Source of the DNA: Gammaproteobacteria bacterium | GTDB taxonomy: Bacteria > Pseudomonadota > Gammaproteobacteria > Pseudomonadales > Pseudohongiellaceae | DNA length: 64,000 nt | Direction: 5' to 3' | NCBI GenBank assembly: GCA_036796405.1 | Contig: DAIRDB010000002.1 | Coordinates: 89,106 to 153,105 of the forward strand | Translations under genes and position numbers: made by a program | The notes under the pieces: generated by a model | Databases searched by the model: none | Told to the model about the DNA's origin: nothing | Seen by the model: the letters and a program-made list of their open reading frames with translations, nothing else | Shown here: positions 33,337 to 41,348 of the stretch, in pieces | Layout: each line of letters opens with the position of its first letter | How positions within the stretch are numbered: the stretch's first letter is position 1

Positions 33337-34119
33337 TCAGCACGACGGCAGCGCGGCGAGGAACTGCCGGATGTGCTGCAGTACCGTTTCGGCGCGCTCA
33401 CTGTGCACCCAGTGTCCGGCCTCCTCCACCACCTCCAGCCGGGCCTGCGGGAACTGCGCAAGTAGCGCGGGTTCATGCTCCGGCAGGATGTAGTCGGAGC
33501 GCTGTCCCTTGATGAAGAGACTGGGCCCGGCATAGACACCCAAGCCGTCCGGCCAGCCCGTGACTTCCGCGAATGACGCCGCCAATACCGGGAGATTGAA
33601 GCGCCAGCGCCAGTCCCCGCTTTCTGTTCGCAGCAGATTGGTGAGCAGGAAATCCCGCACGGACTTTTCGGCGATGCGGGTGGAGAGCTGACGGTCGGCA
33701 TCGCTGCGGGAGGCGACGCTCGCGAGATCGAGACCCACCAGCGCATCTATGACCGTCGTTGCGGCCTGCGGGTAGCGGACGGGAGCGATGTCGACGCTGC
33801 ACACGCTGCAGACCCGCTGCGGGCGAGTCAGCGCCAGCAGCATGGCGGTCTTGCCTCCCATGGAGTGGCCGACGAGGTGGGCCCTTGCCAGCCCTAGCGA
33901 GTCCATGGTGTCCGCGACATCGTCCGCCATGTCTTGCAGGCGCAGGCTCGGCGCCCAGGCCGACAGACCATGGTTCCGCGCATCGAGCACGAACACGTCA
34001 TGGTCTCTGGCGAGTTCCCGGGCCTGCGGTGCCCAGTTGCCCTGATTGCCATAGAGGCCGTGGAGCACGAGCAGGGGTGACCCCGGCGGCCCGGCGTAAT
34101 GCTTGTGGTACAGGATCAC
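33337..34119 (-). CDS. alpha/beta hydrolase (YbfF-like esterase)
   Basis: PLLVLHGLYGNQGNW and nucleophile elbow GHSMGG; 260 aa. Confidence 0.85.
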   Translation of the reverse strand: MILYHKHYAGPPGSPLLVLHGLYGNQGNWAPQARELARDHDVFVLDARNHGLSAWAPSLRLQDMADDVADTMDSLGLARAHLVGHSMGGKTAMLLALTRPQRVCSVCSVDIAPVRYPQAATTVIDALVGLDLASVASRSDADRQLSTRIAEKSVRDFLLTNLLRTESGDWRWRFNLPVLAASFAEVTGWPDGLGVYAGPSLFIKGQRSDYILPEHEPALLAQFPQARLEVVEEAGHWVHSERAETVLQHIRQFLAALPSC

Positions 34120-34131
34120 GCAGCCGAGCCG

Positions 34132-34602
34132 TCAGCCGTTGGCATCGAACCAGGCCAACACGTCGGCATGGTGCGTCTTGGTGTTGACCGGCTGGAAGAT
34201 GTGCTGCAGACGACCGTCCTTGTCGAGCAGGAAACTGACGCGATGGATGCCATCGTACTCCCGTCCCATGAACTTCTTCGGGCCCCAGACGCCGTACTTG
34301 TCGGCCACGGAGTGGTCGAGATCCGACAGCAACGTGAAGTTGAGTTTCTCCTTCTCCACGAACTTGGCGAGCAGCTTCGGTGCATCGGGACTGATGCCGA
34401 AGACCTGAATGCCTCGCTTGGCCAGCTCTTTCTGGCTGTCGCGAAGGCTGCAGGCCTGCACGGTACAGCCCGGTGTCAGCGCCTTCGGGTAGAAGTACAG
34501 CAGCACGGGCTTGCCACGATACGCCTTGAGCGCATGCTCTGTGCCAGTGTGGTCGGGCAGGGCAAACAACGGGGCCAGGTTGCCGATCTTGGGGAGCGTC
34601 AT
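34132..34602 (-). CDS. bcp: thioredoxin-dependent peroxiredoxin Bcp
   Basis: KPVLLYFYPKALTPGCTVQAC peroxidatic Cys motif. Start at ATG 34600-34602 (ATG 34615-34617 possible). Confidence 0.92.
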   Translation of the reverse strand: MTLPKIGNLAPLFALPDHTGTEHALKAYRGKPVLLYFYPKALTPGCTVQACSLRDSQKELAKRGIQVFGISPDAPKLLAKFVEKEKLNFTLLSDLDHSVADKYGVWGPKKFMGREYDGIHRVSFLLDKDGRLQHIFQPVNTKTHHADVLAWFDANG

Positions 34603-34660
34603 GGGACGTTTTCTCATGCAGGGAGTCGAGCAGCAGATACGCGACCGGCCGGGGTTCAGT

Positions 34661-35074
34661 TTAGGAGCGGGCTGTACTGGCCTGCAGCAGGGGTAGCAGT
34701 TGCTCGGGCAGATAGGGCTTGCCCTGGGCATTGACGCCCGTGCCGGTGATCAGCGCCTCGAGCATGGTCTTGCCGTCGCTGTCGCGGGTGATGCTCTGCT
34801 GAAACACGAAGCGCAGGCGCGACTGCTGTTCGAGTCTGGTGCTTACCGTGAAGTGGTCGCCGCTTGTGAGCGATGCTCGGTAGTCGAGTTCGGCCCGTGT
34901 GACCACCAACTGGATGCCGGCTCGCGTCAGCGCGGCAAAATCGAGGCCATGCAACTTCAGGAACTCGTGGCGGGCGTGCTCGAGGTAGTGCTGGTAGACG
35001 GCATTGTTGACCACTCCCTGCATATCGCATTCATAGTCGCGAACACTAAAGGACAGTTGATAAGTCGGCTTCAT
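34661..35074 (-). CDS. acyl-CoA thioesterase, 4HBT/YbgC-like hotdog fold
   Basis: 137 aa. VRDYECDMQGVVNNAVYQHYLEHARHEFL is typical of 4HBT-family thioesterases. Confidence 0.85.
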   Translation of the reverse strand: MKPTYQLSFSVRDYECDMQGVVNNAVYQHYLEHARHEFLKLHGLDFAALTRAGIQLVVTRAELDYRASLTSGDHFTVSTRLEQQSRLRFVFQQSITRDSDGKTMLEALITGTGVNAQGKPYLPEQLLPLLQASTARS

Positions 35075-35086
35075 GCGGGCTCAACC

Positions 35087-35095
35087 TGTGGATAA
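35087..35095. promoter_or_regulatory. perfect DnaA-box 9-mer (TGTGGATAA = reverse complement of TTATCCACA)
   Basis: Exact match to the consensus DnaA box, read directly. Sits 13 nt upstream of the thioesterase start in an AT-rich spacer. Single copy only. Confidence 0.3.
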
Positions 35096-35395
35096 GTGTG
35101 TGAGTAAACGTCGATAGTCTGTGACACTGCGCCGGCGACGCCGAGACCACAGAACTGGCGGTAAAATTGCTTTAAAAATAAATGTCAATCAATTCAAAGG
35201 ATTACGCTGCTCGCCACCTGGACGGAAAGATTTAGCAAACTTTCTTCACCAAGATCCTCACGAAGCTTTGCTATGTGCATAAATTTATTGGAAATATTCA
35301 AAAAGGTGCTCTTGGGAAAATTTGCTTACGCCCGCAGACGGAAAAGTTACACTGCCCGGCTCGGCCTCAGGATCGCCTGCTTCAGCCCCGTCCTC

Positions 35396-36103
35396 ATGTC
35401 CATTTTGTTGCGCCCTTTCTTGCTCCTTGCATGGCTGCTGCTTGGCGCCTGCAGTGCGCCCCAGCAAACGCCGCGTGTGAGCGAGCCGCTGAGCAAGGCG
35501 GAAGCTGTGCCGTCACACGCCGGCAATCTCACCAACTTTGCCGGCAACTGGGAAAAGAACTACCAGCTAAGTGATGACTTCAACACCAAATTTCAACTTT
35601 ACGTGGCCGATGTCCTGCGGCGCGTCACGCAGGGCAATCCGGAGCTGGCGGCGCGGGGCGGCTTCGGTCTGGATGGTGATGCCATCAACGGCCTGGCGCG
35701 CTTTGCCGAAGAACTGACGCGCATGCCCATCCTCGACATCGCCCAAGACGAGCAAGGCATCACCGTGCAGCGACAAGAGGACTTCGCCCTGCGCTGCCGC
35801 TACCGCGACCGACTCTACGTGCGGGACAGCTCGCCTTTCGGTAACGAGTTGTGCGGCTGGAACAACGACAAGCTGGTGTTCAACATGGACCTCCCGGGTG
35901 GCCTGTCGATCGTGCACCAGTTCAGCCTGAGCCCCGATGCCGCCCAGCTCAACGTCACCACGACGGTCAGTTCGGACCTGGTGGCCGTGCCGGTCATCAT
36001 CAGCAACTACTACACCCGCTACATCAACAACGACCGCTTCTACGATTGTGAGCTCACCCTCACCCGCAATCGCGTCTGCTCGCAGCGGGGCGGTGCCCGG
36101 TGA
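35396..36103 (+). CDS. hypothetical lipoprotein
   Basis: MSILLRPFLLLAWLLLGAC signal peptide and lipobox from ATG 35396. GC3-rich. Four further Cys residues. No family recognised. Confidence 0.65.
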   Translation: MSILLRPFLLLAWLLLGACSAPQQTPRVSEPLSKAEAVPSHAGNLTNFAGNWEKNYQLSDDFNTKFQLYVADVLRRVTQGNPELAARGGFGLDGDAINGLARFAEELTRMPILDIAQDEQGITVQRQEDFALRCRYRDRLYVRDSSPFGNELCGWNNDKLVFNMDLPGGLSIVHQFSLSPDAAQLNVTTTVSSDLVAVPVIISNYYTRYINNDRFYDCELTLTRNRVCSQRGGAR

Positions 36104-37200
36104 AGCGCTGGCTGTGGCTGTGCGGCTGCCTCGCCTCGCTGGCACTGGGTCAGACGGAGGGCGACTTTCTCGACGTGAGCATCGCCGTGTTCACCCATGC
36201 CGCGACCACGGATCCGGCCAGTGCAGTGGCCGCGGCCGACGACTCGGTCGCAGCCACGGTAGCTGCCGTGCGAGAGAGCGAGCAGCGCCTGTTGCCGTTG
36301 TATCTGCGTTACCGTCTCGAACAGAGCGGGCGCTTCGGTGCGGTCCGTGTACTGCCCCTGCTCGACAATGGCGCCGAGCTGCGCATCGATGGCTCCATCC
36401 TCGAGTCGACCGGAAGCCGGCTGGCCCTGCAAATTCGCGCCAGTGACAGCCTGGGCCGCCTATGGATCGACCAGACCTACGCAGGCACCGCGATCCGCAG
36501 CGAGTCGCTCAGTGACGACGCCTTCGCCGAAGACGTATTCGCCGGTGTCTTCAGCGCGCTGATTCGCGACCTCGTCGCCCAACTGGAGCAGCAGGATGCC
36601 GCCGCCCTGCGTCGCATCAAGAATGCCGCCCTGGTGCGCTACGGGCATGGACTGGTGCCGGCCGCGTTCGAGGATTTCATGCGCCAGCAGACGGACGGCA
36701 GTTTCAGCCTGGAGCGACTGCCAGCCGACGATGATCCGCTGCTGCGGCGCATTCTCGCCATCCGTGAACGTGAGTACCTGTTCATCGATGTAGTGGACGA
36801 GCAGTATCAGCAGTTCTACGGCGACGTGAAGCCGGTGTACGACCTGTGGCGTAACGTGCAGGCAGAACAGGCGGAAAGCAGCAGTGCCCGTACCGTGCGC
36901 GAACTCGCCACGCCCAGCGCGTTTCCGCGGGGCAGCTATCGCGCGCTACAGGACAGCTACAACAATTTTCGCTGGGCGAAACTGCAGCAACTCTATGTGG
37001 AAGAAGTCGGACAGGGCTTTACCAACGAAGTGGCACCCACGCAACTGGCCCTCGACGACTCCGTCTACAAGCTGAGCGGCACTCTCGAGCAGCAGTACCG
37101 CGAGTGGCGCGGGTTGCTGGCCGAGCTTTTCGCTCTGGAGAGCGCGGTGCACTCTGGTGGCGCTGCCTCCACCAGTCCGGGGACTAACGCGGCGCCGTGA
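36100..37200 (+). CDS. hypothetical secreted protein, co-operonic with the preceding lipoprotein
   Basis: GTG 36100 overlaps the upstream TGA (GTGA). Signal peptide MKRWLWLCGCLASLALGQ. 366 aa, GC3-rich. No family recognised. Confidence 0.65.
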   Translation: MKRWLWLCGCLASLALGQTEGDFLDVSIAVFTHAATTDPASAVAAADDSVAATVAAVRESEQRLLPLYLRYRLEQSGRFGAVRVLPLLDNGAELRIDGSILESTGSRLALQIRASDSLGRLWIDQTYAGTAIRSESLSDDAFAEDVFAGVFSALIRDLVAQLEQQDAAALRRIKNAALVRYGHGLVPAAFEDFMRQQTDGSFSLERLPADDDPLLRRILAIREREYLFIDVVDEQYQQFYGDVKPVYDLWRNVQAEQAESSSARTVRELATPSAFPRGSYRALQDSYNNFRWAKLQQLYVEEVGQGFTNEVAPTQLALDDSVYKLSGTLEQQYREWRGLLAELFALESAVHSGGAASTSPGTNAAP

Positions 37201-38869
37201 CCAGATCCCAATGACGCGATGCACGCTCGACGATGGCGTCGACGTCGGCTGCGAGCAGGTACCTGCTACCCACCTGTCTCAGCGCCTCTTGCTCGATGCG
37301 CTCGAGGAAAGCCTGCTTGCTGGCGTAGCGCTCCGCCACCGAGACTCTGGGATCACCCGTACGCCGGCCCGCGGCAGCATCGGCAGGCAGCGCCAGATAG
37401 CCGCCGATTAGCGGCACCAGTTCGGCAGGGTCGCCGGCCGCTGGGCGCTGGAAATTCCAGCCGGTGTAAGTGGCCAGCGGCACCACCAGTTCGGGATGGC
37501 GCAGGCCGGCGAGATCGTTGCCGTCGGCGTCTCCCTGAGGAACCAGCAGCGGCAAGGCGGTCCCCGGGGCGGCAGCGTTTGGCAACAGCGCGTTTCCGAG
37601 ACGAACCCCGGCGCCCAGGGTTCTCAGGCGCTCACTACCCGGCAGACCGGGAAAAGCATGTCGCTCGGCGCTGACGAGTTCACCCGCCGCCCGTCGTGGA
37701 TAGAGACTCGGTGGGGGCTCCTGCCCCTCGACCACCCAGGCCGTCAGTGCAGTCAGCAGGGCGCGCAGGTGCCAGACGTAGTCGAGCGGGTTGGCCGTCA
37801 ACTGGGCCGTCGCGACGGCGGGCGGCGGAAAAGCCGCCGGGACGTGCTGGGTCCCGGCCAAATAGTACCGTCTGACGTTGGCGGGCAAGTCGATATCCGC
37901 CATCCCGTCTGGCGTGAGATGGGTAAGCGCGGCCACGCGACCACCGCCCCAATACTCGTTGGCACTGTCCGTGTAGACGATCTTCGGCTGTGTGGCCCGC
38001 GCGCGCGGATTGTCGAGCAGTCCCTCATGCGCGGAACTGGCGGGGTCCGGGTAGGCGGCATCGGTGAAGGGGTACAGGGTCGCCGCATACATGGCGCGGT
38101 CCAGCGGGCGGGCCCCGCGCCGATTGATGTCCAGCAGCGCAGCACCGGCCACGTGCGGCAACAGGCCATCGAAGACCTGCCTGCCCTGCTCGTCCTCGTT
38201 GAAACCGTAGTAGAGAAACGTGCGCAGGAAACGGCCGCTTTGTGACAGTCCGAAAGCAAGCAGCTGCTGGCTCTGCACCAGAGCGGTGTCATCGTAGGCC
38301 ATCCAACTGCCCAGGTCGCGGACCGCTGCCAGCCCGAGACCCGCCACCGGCTCTCCCGCGGCGCTTGGGACCTGAATGTCGATGCCAGACTCGGGGTCCA
38401 GCGTATCGTGCTCCCAGCCGATCCATACCAGCGTGTAACCTGCATCGAGCAAGAAGCCGTCGCCGAAGGGCTGACCCGCCTCGGGACGATTGAAGCTGGT
38501 GATGACCTGCGTACCGCGGTTGGGGATGTCCACCAGCGCAACCCCATTGCCACGCTCGGGATCCACAGGCGTCCATACCAGCAGGTCTGCCGTGAACTCC
38601 ACCTTGCCATCCGCACGACGCGGCGCGGCAGCGATGTCGGCGATCAACGCGTTGTGTGGGTCCAGCGGATCGACGGCAAAGTGCAGCGTCGCCCGCAGTG
38701 CCTCATAAGCGCCGGCGTCGAAGGTGCCGTCGAGGCGGCTGCGCTCCAGCAGATCGACCGCAGTCACGGCAGCCAGGCCAGCGCCCGGCAGGGCGGCAAC
38801 CAGCAGCCACAGCAGAGCCAGGAAGCCAGTGCCTGCGCGGCGCCCTGCCCGACCAAAAGCCAATCCCAT
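37184..38869 (-). CDS. large secreted protein of unknown function (possibly alpha/beta-hydrolase-domain family)
   Basis: ATG 38867-38869 preceded by GGAG. N-terminus MGLAFGRAGRRAGTGFLALLWLLVAALPGAGLAA is a signal peptide with an RR pair. The body resembles uncharacterised 'alpha/beta hydrolase domain' proteins from memory only. Confidence 0.65.
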   Translation of the reverse strand: MGLAFGRAGRRAGTGFLALLWLLVAALPGAGLAAVTAVDLLERSRLDGTFDAGAYEALRATLHFAVDPLDPHNALIADIAAAPRRADGKVEFTADLLVWTPVDPERGNGVALVDIPNRGTQVITSFNRPEAGQPFGDGFLLDAGYTLVWIGWEHDTLDPESGIDIQVPSAAGEPVAGLGLAAVRDLGSWMAYDDTALVQSQQLLAFGLSQSGRFLRTFLYYGFNEDEQGRQVFDGLLPHVAGAALLDINRRGARPLDRAMYAATLYPFTDAAYPDPASSAHEGLLDNPRARATQPKIVYTDSANEYWGGGRVAALTHLTPDGMADIDLPANVRRYYLAGTQHVPAAFPPPAVATAQLTANPLDYVWHLRALLTALTAWVVEGQEPPPSLYPRRAAGELVSAERHAFPGLPGSERLRTLGAGVRLGNALLPNAAAPGTALPLLVPQGDADGNDLAGLRHPELVVPLATYTGWNFQRPAAGDPAELVPLIGGYLALPADAAAGRRTGDPRVSVAERYASKQAFLERIEQEALRQVGSRYLLAADVDAIVERASRHWDLVTAPR

Positions 38870-38975
38870 ACCTGCTCTCCGCAGCCTGCCTCGGCCCCTT
38901 GCCAAAGCAGGGTGTTTGTACCATCTTGCCCGGGTCTCGCCAAACCATCGAATTCGCCTTCACGCCGGTCCCTGC

Positions 38976-39230
38976 ATGGACGAACGCACGCTACGCGCCC
39001 TCATCGAAGCCGGCGCCATCCGCAAGGTCCGGATCATCGCCAACGGCGGCCTCTTCTACGTCGAACTTGAACATCTCACGGACTCGGTGCGGGCGCTCAC
39101 CACGAGCGGCAAACTCAAGACCTGGGTCACCCTCGACGCCGTCGCCCGCTGGCTCAAGCATCTGGGTCTGGGCAAGGCCCAGATCGACCTCGCGGGTTGG
39201 CAGCCTGGCCAGAAGGGCCTGGAGCTCTGA
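38976..39230 (+). CDS. small hypothetical protein (84 aa)
   Basis: Internal ATG 38976 of track ORF 38724..39230. Very strong GC3 bias from this ATG onward. No obvious SD. No family recognised. Confidence 0.55.
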   Translation: MDERTLRALIEAGAIRKVRIIANGGLFYVELEHLTDSVRALTTSGKLKTWVTLDAVARWLKHLGLGKAQIDLAGWQPGQKGLEL

Positions 39231-39292
39231 ACGGTTGGCTGCAGGGAAAGCGCTGGAAGACAAGACAGCCGCACGCAGCCCTCACAGCCGAC

Positions 39293-39400
39293 GGCAAAAA
39301 TTGACGCGGCGAAAATCAGCAGGGGAAAAATCGAAAGAGCAAAAATCGATAGGGCTAGAAGCGAGAGAGCAAAAAATCCAGAGGGCAAAAATCGAAAGGG
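39293..39400. repeat. imperfect tandem repeat array, about seven units of 14-16 nt (consensus GCAAAAATCGAAAGGG)
   Basis: Units read directly: GGCAAAAATTGACGCG, GCGAAAATCAGCAGGG, GAAAAATCGAAAGA, GCAAAAATCGATAGGG, CTAGAAGCGAGAGA, GCAAAAAATCCAGAGG, GCAAAAATCGAAAGGG. Confidence 0.75.
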
Positions 39401-39425
39401 GCAGACCTCGATGAGAATCTGCCCC
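39398..39425 (-). terminator. intrinsic terminator of tRNA-Thr
   Basis: Stem GGGGCAGA/TCTGCCCC (39398-39405 / 39418-39425). On the minus strand it is followed by CTTTCGATTTTTGC, immediately downstream of the tRNA 3' end. Confidence 0.7.
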
Positions 39426-39436
39426 CTTCGGTGAAA

Positions 39437-39512
<76 letters not shown>

Positions 39513-39584
39513 GAAAATGCGCGCGAAGTGTAGCAATGACCCGAGCGCTCCGGCAACGCAGGTTTGTTTTTACGGAAGTGGATC

Positions 39585-41237
39585 ATGACTATCGACAACC
39601 TCCATTCCAGCACTGGCGAGCCAACCGCCGCCGAAGCCGCCTGGACGCGCTGCCTGCAGGAGGCCAAGCGTCTTGCCGGCACGACCCTGCGCGAGCAGTT
39701 TGCAGCGGATCCGGCACGAGCCGGCCGCTACACGCTGACGGCCGCCGGACTCACGCTGGATTTTTCCAAGAACCGTCTCGACGAAGCGGCGCTGGACGGT
39801 CTGCTCGCGCTGGCGGCTGCAACAGGCCTGCCGTCGGCAATCGCAGCGCTGTTCGCCGGCGCCAAGGTCAACAACACCGAAGAGCGGCCAGCCCTGCATA
39901 CCTTGCTGCGCGCACCGAGAGGCAGCGATCCCCGCTCACAGGCTGTCTATGACACTCTCGCGCGCATGGAAGCGTTCTGCGCTGCGCTGGCTCAGGGCCA
40001 CTGGCTGGGGTTTCGTGGCGAGCGCATCACCGACGTGGTCAACATCGGCATCGGCGGCTCGGACCTTGGCCCCGCCATGGTGTATGAAGCCCTGCAGGAC
40101 CGGTGGATCGACGGTCTGCGCTGCCACTTCGTGTCGAACGTGGATCCGCTGCATCTCGAGCAAACGCTTGCCCGCCTGCAGCCGGGCACGACGCTGTTCG
40201 TTATCGCGTCCAAGACCTTCACCACGCTGGAAACCATGCAGAATGCCAGGGCTGCCCGCGCCTGGGCGCTGGCAGCGGGTCTTGCCCACAGCGATCTCGC
40301 CAAACATTTCGTCGCCGTCAGCGCCAATGTGGAAAAGGCGGCGGAATTCGGCATTGCGCCTGTGAACATATTTCCGCTGTGGGACTGGGTGGGAGGCCGC
40401 TACTCGCTCTGGTCCGCCATCGGCCTGCCGATCGCGCTTGGCGTCGGAATGGCCAACTTCCGTGCCCTGCTGGCCGGCGCCCATGCGCTGGACGAACACT
40501 TCCGCACTGCTCCACTGCGGGCCAACCTGCCGGTGCTGCTCGGGCTACTAACTCATTGGTACTACCACGCCTTCGGTGCCCACAGTCACGCCGTGCTGCC
40601 CTATGCGCAGAATCTGCAGTGGTTTCCGGCCTTTCTGCAGCAGCTCGACATGGAGAGTCTGGGCAAGCAGGTCAGCCGCGACGGACTGACCTTGCGCGGC
40701 GACAGTGGCGGCATCCTGTGGGGCAGCGCCGGGACCAACGGTCAGCACTCGTTCCACCAGTTGCTGCACCAGGGCACGCGACTGGTCCCCGCCGATTTCA
40801 TCGCCGTGCTGCAGAGCCGCAGCAGTCAGCGTGATGCCCACTTGCAGCTGCTCGCCAACTGCTTTGCGCAGAGTCAGGCGCTGATGCTCGGCAAGTCCCG
40901 CGAAGAGGCCCATGAAGAATTGCTGCGCCAGGGCATGGGTGCCGAGCAGGCCAACCGACTGGCGCCGCACAAGGCCTGCCCGGGCAACCGGCCGACCAAC
41001 ACCATCCTGCTGTCGCGTCTCGATCCCGGCAGCCTCGGCGCCCTCATCGCGCTCTATGAGCACAAGGTCTATGTACAGAGCGTGCTGCTCGGTCTCAACG
41101 CCTTCGACCAATGGGGTGTAGAGCTTGGCAAGGTGCTGGGCAACGGCGTCTACCGGGCACTGACGGCCGGAGAGCCCTGCCAGGGTTTCGATAGTTCGAC
41201 GGCCGCGCTGATCGAACGCGTGCGGCTTGGCCAGTAG
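39585..41237 (+). CDS. pgi: glucose-6-phosphate isomerase
   Basis: 550 aa with PGI signatures (DVVNIGIGGSDLGP, GGRYSLWSAIG, QHSFHQLLHQG). Start at ATG 39585. Confidence 0.97.
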   Translation: MTIDNLHSSTGEPTAAEAAWTRCLQEAKRLAGTTLREQFAADPARAGRYTLTAAGLTLDFSKNRLDEAALDGLLALAAATGLPSAIAALFAGAKVNNTEERPALHTLLRAPRGSDPRSQAVYDTLARMEAFCAALAQGHWLGFRGERITDVVNIGIGGSDLGPAMVYEALQDRWIDGLRCHFVSNVDPLHLEQTLARLQPGTTLFVIASKTFTTLETMQNARAARAWALAAGLAHSDLAKHFVAVSANVEKAAEFGIAPVNIFPLWDWVGGRYSLWSAIGLPIALGVGMANFRALLAGAHALDEHFRTAPLRANLPVLLGLLTHWYYHAFGAHSHAVLPYAQNLQWFPAFLQQLDMESLGKQVSRDGLTLRGDSGGILWGSAGTNGQHSFHQLLHQGTRLVPADFIAVLQSRSSQRDAHLQLLANCFAQSQALMLGKSREEAHEELLRQGMGAEQANRLAPHKACPGNRPTNTILLSRLDPGSLGALIALYEHKVYVQSVLLGLNAFDQWGVELGKVLGNGVYRALTAGEPCQGFDSSTAALIERVRLGQ

Positions 41238-41348
41238 CCGCGGCAAACGAAGCGGCAATCGCCACGCTTCGTCGCTATACTCGACGCCGTCATTACCATC
41301 CATCGAAGGGGCCGCCGACACAGACGGTCCCGCAGCACAGAGGACACC

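Noticed and set aside
35087-35095. Replication origin suggested by the perfect DnaA box
   Set aside because: - There is only one box.
- There is no cluster of boxes or 13-mer AT-rich repeats, and no GATC clustering.
- No dnaA, dnaN, gidA or rpmH neighbourhood is present.
39293-39400. CRISPR-like array
   Set aside because: - The units are only 14-16 nt, degenerate and contiguous without spacers.
- There are no cas genes.
41248-41273. Hairpin ACGAAGCG-N10-CGCTTCGT after pgi as an intrinsic terminator
   Set aside because: - No T-tract follows.
- It could be a REP-like or stabilising element, but support is too weak to annotate.
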